From the NCBI GenBank assembly GCA_016292445.1, contig JAEDIN010000001.1:19996-83995 (forward strand): a stretch of 64,000 bases of DNA, given 5' to 3'. The translations under genes and the position numbers were made by a program. The first letter of the stretch is position 1. Each line of letters begins with the position of its first letter. Shown in pieces: positions 58,718 to 64,000 of the stretch. This DNA is from Oscillospiraceae bacterium (GTDB lineage Bacteria > Bacillota > Clostridia > Oscillospirales > Oscillospiraceae). Under the pieces are notes generated by a model, which was not told the DNA's origin, made no database searches, and was given only the letters and a program-made list of their open reading frames with translations.

Positions 58718-58760
58718 TTGACAAGAAAACGACCGTTTACTATAATGTAAACGGTCGTTT
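58718..58760 (+). promoter_or_regulatory. Consensus sigma-A promoter embedded in a perfect 14-bp inverted repeat (putative TetR operator)
   Basis: TTGACA (58718-58723), 17 nt, TATAAT (58741-58746). AAACGACCGTTTAC (58727-58740) and GTAAACGGTCGTTT (58747-58760) flank the -10 box exactly. Confidence 0.7.
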
Positions 58761-58779
58761 ACCATATGGAGGTGCATTT

Positions 58780-59400
58780 ATGGCTGATACAAAGGAGAAC
58801 ATTTTGATGACATCCCTTCACCTGTTTGCAAGAGATGGATACGAGGCCGTTTCTGTCAGTACCATTTCCGGCGAACTTGGCATGACAAAGGGTGCGCTTT
58901 ATAAGCACTATAAGAATAAAAGAGACATTTTTGACAGTATTGTAGAAAGAATGTATAAAATCGATGCCGAACGGTCGGTGCAATACAGAGTACCCGACGG
59001 TCAGAAAAACGAAGGAATTGCAGTATCATGGGACACGGTTAAGCAGTTTACCGTTGCGCAGTACAAATTTTGGACTGAAGATGATTTCGCGCAAAGCTTC
59101 CGCAAGATGCTTACACTTGAGCAATACCGCAACGATGAAATGGCGCAGCTTTATCAAAGCTGTATTTCAGCAGGTCCGGTTGACTACATGGAGAGCATAT
59201 TCAGCCAAATGATAGCAGACGGCAATATGAAAAAAGCAGACTCTAAGCTGCTTGCAACGGAGTTTTATGCTCCTATGTTTTTGCTGATAAACATTTCTGA
59301 TCACTCCGCCTACAAGGAGCAAAATCTTGAGCTTCTTAATAACCACATTGAGCGTTTTATCCGCCGCAATAGCGCGGATAGAATCGAAAGGAAAGAATAA
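58780..59400 (+). CDS. TetR/AcrR-family transcriptional regulator
   Basis: HTH region ENILMTSLHLFARDGYEAVSVSTISGELGMTKGALYKHY. Confidence 0.9.
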   Translation: MADTKENILMTSLHLFARDGYEAVSVSTISGELGMTKGALYKHYKNKRDIFDSIVERMYKIDAERSVQYRVPDGQKNEGIAVSWDTVKQFTVAQYKFWTEDDFAQSFRKMLTLEQYRNDEMAQLYQSCISAGPVDYMESIFSQMIADGNMKKADSKLLATEFYAPMFLLINISDHSAYKEQNLELLNNHIERFIRRNSADRIERKE

Positions 59401-60474
59401 ATGGCAGCTATAAACATGGCCGAGTATGGTTTGCTCGGCAAATTTGAAGCTCTGGCAAACGAACACTCTCCGCAATACAGAGTTGCGCGAATACTGTCAC
59501 AGGAAAAGGGATTGTACCGACTTATCAGCGAGAACGGCGAACAGCTCGGAGAGGTATGCGGCAAGCTAAGGTATAGTGCCGACAGCACATCGGACTTCCC
59601 TGCTGTGGGTGACTTTGTATTGATCGGCAAAGGCTGCATGCAGGATAATGCCGTCATTCACGAAATTTTGCCCAGAAAAAGCGTATTTGTTCGCAAAGCC
59701 GCAGGTACTACAAGTGAAAAACAGGTTGTTGCCGCCAATATTGACACTGTTTTTATCTGTATGTCACTTAACAACGACTTTAATCTTCGCAGGTTAGAGC
59801 GATACCTCTCCGTAGCGTGGGACAGTGGCGCAACTCCGGTAATAGTTTTAACTAAATCTGATTTATGCAATGATTTGTCCGAGCGGTTCGGCGAGGTCGA
59901 ATCCATTGCCTTCGGCACAGATATTATTATTACATCGGGCATCAGAGAAGATGGATATGTAAAGCTTCTTCCCTTCATAAAGCAAGGTAAAACGGTGGCG
60001 CTTATCGGCTCATCCGGCGTTGGAAAGTCCACCCTAATAAACCGTCTGATTGGGGAGGACAGATTAGAAACAAACGGACTGCGTAACGACGATAAGGGAC
60101 GACATACGACAACAAGGCGTGAGCTTTTTTTGCTAAAGAGCGGCGGAATGGTTATTGATACGCCGGGAATGCGCGAGCTCGGTCTGTGGGAAGCTGAGGA
60201 GGGCCTTGACAAAACCTTTGCTGATGTTGAGGAGTTGGCTTCAAGATGCCGTTTCGGTAACTGCACTCATACAAACGAGCCTGGCTGTGCAGTATTGCAG
60301 GCTATTTACTCCGGAGAGCTATCCGAAGCGCGCTGGCAGTCCTATCGGAAACTGCTAAACGAAAACCGATACACCGGGAACAATGCAGAATACATGGCAG
60401 AGAAAAGGAAAAAGTTCAAAAATATCGCTAAAATTAATAAGTTATCACATGAAAGTAAGGATTATTTAAAATGA
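59401..60474 (+). CDS. rsgA: RsgA/YjeQ-type circularly permuted ribosome-associated GTPase (long form)
   Basis: N-terminal OB region (G.Y.L......GKLRY), G4 LTKSD, G1 GSSGVGKST, G3 DTPG, and zinc finger CRFGNCTHTNEPGC. The ATG directly abuts the TetR stop. Confidence 0.85.
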   Translation: MAAINMAEYGLLGKFEALANEHSPQYRVARILSQEKGLYRLISENGEQLGEVCGKLRYSADSTSDFPAVGDFVLIGKGCMQDNAVIHEILPRKSVFVRKAAGTTSEKQVVAANIDTVFICMSLNNDFNLRRLERYLSVAWDSGATPVIVLTKSDLCNDLSERFGEVESIAFGTDIIITSGIREDGYVKLLPFIKQGKTVALIGSSGVGKSTLINRLIGEDRLETNGLRNDDKGRHTTTRRELFLLKSGGMVIDTPGMRELGLWEAEEGLDKTFADVEELASRCRFGNCTHTNEPGCAVLQAIYSGELSEARWQSYRKLLNENRYTGNNAEYMAEKRKKFKNIAKINKLSHESKDYLK

Positions 60475-61187
60475 AATATGTAAAAAGCGAAAAGTATAAC
60501 ACCCCTGAGTTGCTGGAAAAGATAATGGGTCCAAACCCCATTAAGCTCGAGGAGGAATTGCTGCTTGATAATTTGATCCCTAAAAACGCTGTTGTCTGCG
60601 ACCTCGGCAGCGGGCAAGGCCTGACAAGCGTTTTTCTTACAAAAGAATATGGTTTTACCGTTTACGCCGCCGATTTGTGGAGCGATCCCGACGAAAACCG
60701 CAAGTTCTTTGACAGCATGGGTATTGACAAAGACAATCTCATACCCGTAAAGGCTGATGCAACAGATTTGCCGTTTGAAAAAGAGTTTTTTGACGCCGTT
60801 GTAAGTACCGATTCATACAATTACTTTGGACGGGATGAAAATTTTCTTGACGATAAGCTTCTGCCTTTTGTTAAATCCGGCGGATATATCTATATCGCAA
60901 TTCCCGGAATGAAAAAGGACTGCCACGACGCTCTGCCTCCCGAGCTTTTGCTTTCCTGGACACCGGAGCAGCTTGATTATATGCACGATGTTGAGTACTG
61001 GTCTGATATGGTGAGCAAATGCAAAGGGGCTGATGTTATTAGCGTTAATGAGATGGAGAGTAACGATGAGGTGTGGGCCGACTGGATTGCGCAGGAAAAC
61101 GAATATGCCATCGGCGACCGCAAGGCAATGGAAGCAGGCGGCGGCAAGTATCTAAACTTTATCAAAATTATTCTGAAAAAGAAATAA
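60471..61187 (+). CDS. Class I SAM-dependent methyltransferase
   Basis: Motif I VCDLGSGQG and post-I acidic residue YAADL. ATGA overlap with rsgA. Confidence 0.8.
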   Translation: MKYVKSEKYNTPELLEKIMGPNPIKLEEELLLDNLIPKNAVVCDLGSGQGLTSVFLTKEYGFTVYAADLWSDPDENRKFFDSMGIDKDNLIPVKADATDLPFEKEFFDAVVSTDSYNYFGRDENFLDDKLLPFVKSGGYIYIAIPGMKKDCHDALPPELLLSWTPEQLDYMHDVEYWSDMVSKCKGADVISVNEMESNDEVWADWIAQENEYAIGDRKAMEAGGGKYLNFIKIILKKK

Positions 61188-61202
61188 GCATGAAAATTAA
61201 GA

Positions 61203-61232
61203 AAGCCCCACACTAATTTGAGTGTGGGGCTT
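61203..61232. terminator. Bidirectional terminator (methyltransferase operon / tRNA-Thr)
   Basis: 12-bp stem AAGCCCCACACT / AGTGTGGGGCTT with a 6-nt loop. Confidence 0.75.
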
Positions 61233-61307
61233 GGAGCTGGTGGGGTGACTCGAACACCTGACCTGCTGATTACGAATCAGCTGCTCTACCGACTGAGCTA
61301 CACCAGC
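61232..61307 (-). tRNA. tRNA-Thr (anticodon CGU), 76 nt, CCA encoded
   Basis: The manual cloverleaf is GCTGGTG-TA-GCTC-AGTCGGTA-GAGC-A-GCTGA-TTCGTAA-TCAGC-AGGTC-AGGTG-TTCGAGT-CACCC-CACCAGC-T-CCA. There is one A-C mismatch at the top of the T stem. Confidence 0.9.
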
Positions 61308-61325
61308 AAAAATCACAGCTTTCGT

Positions 61326-61354
61326 ATTTTAGCATAATGAGCTGTCAAAGTCAA
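61326..61354 (-). promoter_or_regulatory. Sigma-A promoter of tRNA-Thr
   Basis: On the minus strand, TTGACT (61354-61349), 17 nt, then extended -10 TGcTAAAAT (61334-61326). It lies about 19 nt upstream of the tRNA 5' end. Confidence 0.7.
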
Positions 61355-61637
61355 TCGAAATTATAATTACAATTTGTATTATTACTTGTAACTAAAACGA
61401 AATCTTTCGTGATTTGAAATTATAAGTAATTGATTTACAGGACCTTTTTACTCACTAAGACCCGAAAAACAGTTACCATAAGTCTTACGAGTAATTATTA
61501 TTCATTTAGTTATCAACATTTTCAACAGGTTTTTCAACACGCGAAAATGCTATAAAATCCATAGATTATTGCAAATAATCTATTAATCTATAAATCCTCA
61601 AACAGCAAAAAATAACAAATCAGAAACAAAAAATTGT

Positions 61638-62309
61638 TTACATAACTCCGTTTTGCTTCAGTGAATGATACATACCGCTGCCAACAATTATGTGGTCAAG
61701 CAACTCAACGCCTACTAAATCAAGGGCATTTTTCACGATCCCGGTACAGTATTCGTCCTCATGCGACGGAGTCGGCAGTCCGTTCGGGTGATTATGAGCT
61801 ATTATTACGCTTGCGGCTTTATACTTCATCGCTGTTTCTACAAGCATTCTAACGCCTATCTCGGTAGCATTTACTATGCCCTTGCTTATTGCCTTGCACG
61901 CAATCACCCGACTTGCATTATCAAGAAGCAGCGCATAGGCAATTTCGTCTTGCTCATACATAAATTTGGACAAAAAGAATTTACCGACCTCGTCAGCCGA
62001 TTCAATACTCTTTTTCGGAACGCTCACCTGCTCCATATATCTGCGACTGATTTCGGGAATGAGCTTGAGCAATACCGCGGCATTCTCACCTATTCCGTCA
62101 ACCTCACTCAAAGACTTATAATCTGCCTCAAGCACAGCCGGCAAAGATCCGAAATTCATCAGGAGCTTATGCGCAAGCTCGTTGGTATCCTTGCGCGGCA
62201 AAGCGTAAAACAGCAGCATCTCCAGTGCGTTATGGTCATTAAATCCGTCCAATCCTACCTCGGAAAAGCGGCTTTTCATCCTTTGGCGATGACCGTCATG
62301 AACTCCCAT
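61638..62309 (-). CDS. radC: RadC-family JAB/MPN domain protein (UPF0758)
   Basis: N-terminal HhH-like region GHRQR...F and the JAMM motif IIAHNHPNG...PS.ED. Confidence 0.9.
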   Translation of the reverse strand: MGVHDGHRQRMKSRFSEVGLDGFNDHNALEMLLFYALPRKDTNELAHKLLMNFGSLPAVLEADYKSLSEVDGIGENAAVLLKLIPEISRRYMEQVSVPKKSIESADEVGKFFLSKFMYEQDEIAYALLLDNASRVIACKAISKGIVNATEIGVRMLVETAMKYKAASVIIAHNHPNGLPTPSHEDEYCTGIVKNALDLVGVELLDHIIVGSGMYHSLKQNGVM

Positions 62310-62320
62310 TGCTTCTCCCC

Positions 62321-63322
62321 TTAAAGCTCCATATTCGCATACGCGTTCAGTTCGCTTCCGGCTATATTTCCTTCAAGGAACTCATAGTAGCCCTGACAGC
62401 CTATCATAGCCGCATTATCACCGCACAGCTTCAGCGGGGGCACGAACAGTTGGCAGCCTGCTTTCTCAGCAGCGGCCTTAAAATCAGCTCTTATTCTTGA
62501 ATTGGCTGCAACACCGCCGGCAACGGCTATTTTATTATATCCGAGTTCCTTTGTCGCCATAATTGTGCGAGGCACTAAGCTATCGCTGACAGCAGCGGTA
62601 AAGGACGCCGCGAGAGACGCTCTGTCAATAGTCTCGCCCTTTTGCTCTGCGTTGTGGACTATGTTTATCACAGCGGTCTTTAGTCCGGAAAAGCTCATAT
62701 CGTATGGACTTCCGTCAATATGTGTTCTGGGCAAATGATATTTTTTATCGTCTCCACCCTGCGAAAGCAGGTCAATGGGCTTACCGCCGGGGTAAGGCAA
62801 GCCGAGAACTCGTGCCGTTTTGTCGAAGCACTCTCCTGCCGCATCGTCACGGGTAGAACCGATGACCTTCAGATCAGTATAGCTGCGTACATCTATGATA
62901 AGCGTATTACCGCCGGAAATGGCAAGACAGAGAAACGGCGGCTCAAGCTCAGGGTATGCTATGTAATTTGCCGCAACATGGCCTTTTATGTGGTGAACCG
63001 GAATCAATGGCACATCAAGGCTAAGCGCAACTGCCTTTGCAAAGTTAAGGCCGACAAGCACAGTGCCGATAAGGCCCGGTGCATAGGTGACGGCAACAGC
63101 GTCTATATCGCTCTTTTCTATACCTGCGGTTTGAATTGCTCTTTCCGCAAGTCGTGATATTACCTCAACATGGCTCCTTGAGGCTATCTCGGGTACAACG
63201 CCGCCGTAGATAGCGTGCAGATCCGCCTGTGAAAAAATCTGGTCGGTCAAAACCTTTCTGCCGTCTTCAACTACCGCTACGGCGGTTTCATCACATGATG
63301 ATTCAAACGCTAATATCTTCAC
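62321..63322 (-). CDS. tsaD: tRNA N6-adenosine threonylcarbamoyltransferase TsaD
   Basis: ILAFESSCDETA, metal site HHIKGH, and the GGVAAN ASKHA fold. Confidence 0.95.
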   Translation of the reverse strand: MKILAFESSCDETAVAVVEDGRKVLTDQIFSQADLHAIYGGVVPEIASRSHVEVISRLAERAIQTAGIEKSDIDAVAVTYAPGLIGTVLVGLNFAKAVALSLDVPLIPVHHIKGHVAANYIAYPELEPPFLCLAISGGNTLIIDVRSYTDLKVIGSTRDDAAGECFDKTARVLGLPYPGGKPIDLLSQGGDDKKYHLPRTHIDGSPYDMSFSGLKTAVINIVHNAEQKGETIDRASLAASFTAAVSDSLVPRTIMATKELGYNKIAVAGGVAANSRIRADFKAAAEKAGCQLFVPPLKLCGDNAAMIGCQGYYEFLEGNIAGSELNAYANMEL

Positions 63323-63332
63323 TTTATTATCC

Positions 63333-63782
63333 TCATCTCAGAAATTTTGTCATCAGTATGGCATTTTCAGTCGGCTTGTTATAGTAATTCTTTCTCATAC
63401 CCACATCTGAAAAGCCGTTTTTTCTGTAAAGCTCAATTGCAGGTAAATTGCTTTCACGAACCTCAAGCGTTACAAAGCTGAGGTTTTTTTCATTTGCCCG
63501 TTTTATAAGAGACTCAATCAGCTTATCGGCAATGCCGAGTCGTCTGCACTCGGGAGAGACGGCAACATTAGATATATAACCCTCGTCGAGAACATACATC
63601 ATTCCGACATAGCCCAGCACTCTGCCGCTGTCGTTAAATGCGGCTATAAAAATGTGCATATCATCAGGAAGCTGAGAAATGAGCGCCTGTCTTGACCACG
63701 GAACGGAAAAGCACTGCTTTTCAAGCAGCTCTATCTCATCAATATGCTCGAGACGGACATCCGCAATTTCAAAATACATCAA
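63333..63782 (-). CDS. rimI: Ribosomal-protein-alanine N-acetyltransferase RimI (GNAT)
   Basis: W......, I.NVAV.PE.RR.GIA..L and LEVR.SN..A..LY...GF match the RimI pattern. It lies upstream of tsaD. Confidence 0.85.
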   Translation of the reverse strand: MMYFEIADVRLEHIDEIELLEKQCFSVPWSRQALISQLPDDMHIFIAAFNDSGRVLGYVGMMYVLDEGYISNVAVSPECRRLGIADKLIESLIKRANEKNLSFVTLEVRESNLPAIELYRKNGFSDVGMRKNYYNKPTENAILMTKFLR

Positions 63783-64000
63783 AAGTCCTCCTGCTCAAGC
63801 TCATCAATTACGGCGAGGACCTCATCGGTGAGCCTTTCAAGAGTCTTTTTCCAGCCGAAGGCAAAAGCCGGAGGCTTGATATCATCCTCAGCAAGACACA
63901 TTACACGCTCATCAAGCTCCTGAAAGCGCCTGGAAAGCTCGTCTGCCTGCTCCAAAGTCATGCACAAGGCAATATCGCAGGAGGCAAGGAGCTCTCTTGT
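63779..64000 (-). CDS. Partial CDS (C-terminal 73 codons; the 5' end lies outside the window), unknown function
   Basis: The frame is open to the window edge (TRELLASCDIALCMTLEQADEL...) and overlaps the rimI start (ATGA). The position is where tsaB usually sits, but the acidic helical C-terminus does not let me confirm that. Confidence 0.4.
   Translation of the reverse strand, partial: TRELLASCDIALCMTLEQADELSRRFQELDERVMCLAEDDIKPPAFAFGWKKTLERLTDEVLAVIDELEQEDF

Noticed and set aside
55468-61307. The HAD-GH2-TetR-RsgA-methyltransferase block as an island integrated at tRNA-Thr.
   Set aside because: I found no partial duplicate of the tRNA 3' end (att-like repeat) at the candidate far boundaries (55440-55470, 53720-53830, 58714-58780) and no integrase nearby. 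This is unsupported by what I can see.
61510-61539. The DnaA-box cluster as a replication origin.
   Set aside because: No dnaA/dnaN context. There are only three boxes, all carrying the same non-consensus base, and I identified no AT-rich unwinding-element pattern. It is kept only as an unexplained repeat (see findings).

Overview
This 64 kb window looks like core chromosome of an endospore-forming Bacillota (Clostridia-like) organism, roughly 45-50% GC in coding DNA by eye. About 90% is coding, mostly on the minus strand, in tightly packed and often translationally coupled operons. I call 69 CDS, two of them cut by the window edges. I also call one RNase P RNA (type A), one tRNA-Thr(CGU) and one Tyr-specific T-box leader, plus several sigma-A-type promoters and rho-independent terminators, many of which serve both strands.

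Gene content is dominated by housekeeping functions:
- DNA repair and recombination: radA, ligA, recR, recN, xseAB, recD2, uvrA, radC.
- Glycolysis and pentose metabolism: fba, a PPi-type pfk, rpe, glpK.
- Translation and tRNA: tyrS, two ybaK paralogs, a GluQRS-like gene, tsaD, rimI, rsgA.
- Isoprenoid synthesis: dxs, ispA.
- Sporulation: cwlD-like, cotJ, yunB, spoIIIAA-AH.

The block from spoIIIA to recN (25.0-38.5 kb) follows the B. subtilis order: spoIIIA - asp23 - nusB - xseAB - ispA - dxs - tlyA - argR - recN.

I see no CRISPR array, transposon, prophage or recognisable defence island, and I cannot honestly nominate a clear-cut new multi-gene system. The most unusual items are:
1. A catalytically degenerate P1B-ATPase homologue that lacks the actuator domain and appears co-transcribed with fba.
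2. A T-box(Tyr) operon of a C_GCAxxG_C_C protein, tyrS and a YbaK-like deacylase.
3. A TetR - RsgA-like GTPase - SAM-methyltransferase module behind a perfect 14-bp palindromic operator.
4. A 330-bp very AT-rich non-coding island next to tRNA-Thr, carrying tandem 9-mers and a perfect 10-bp inverted repeat.
5. A minimal SpoIIIAG.

All family assignments come from motif recognition by eye. No database search was run.
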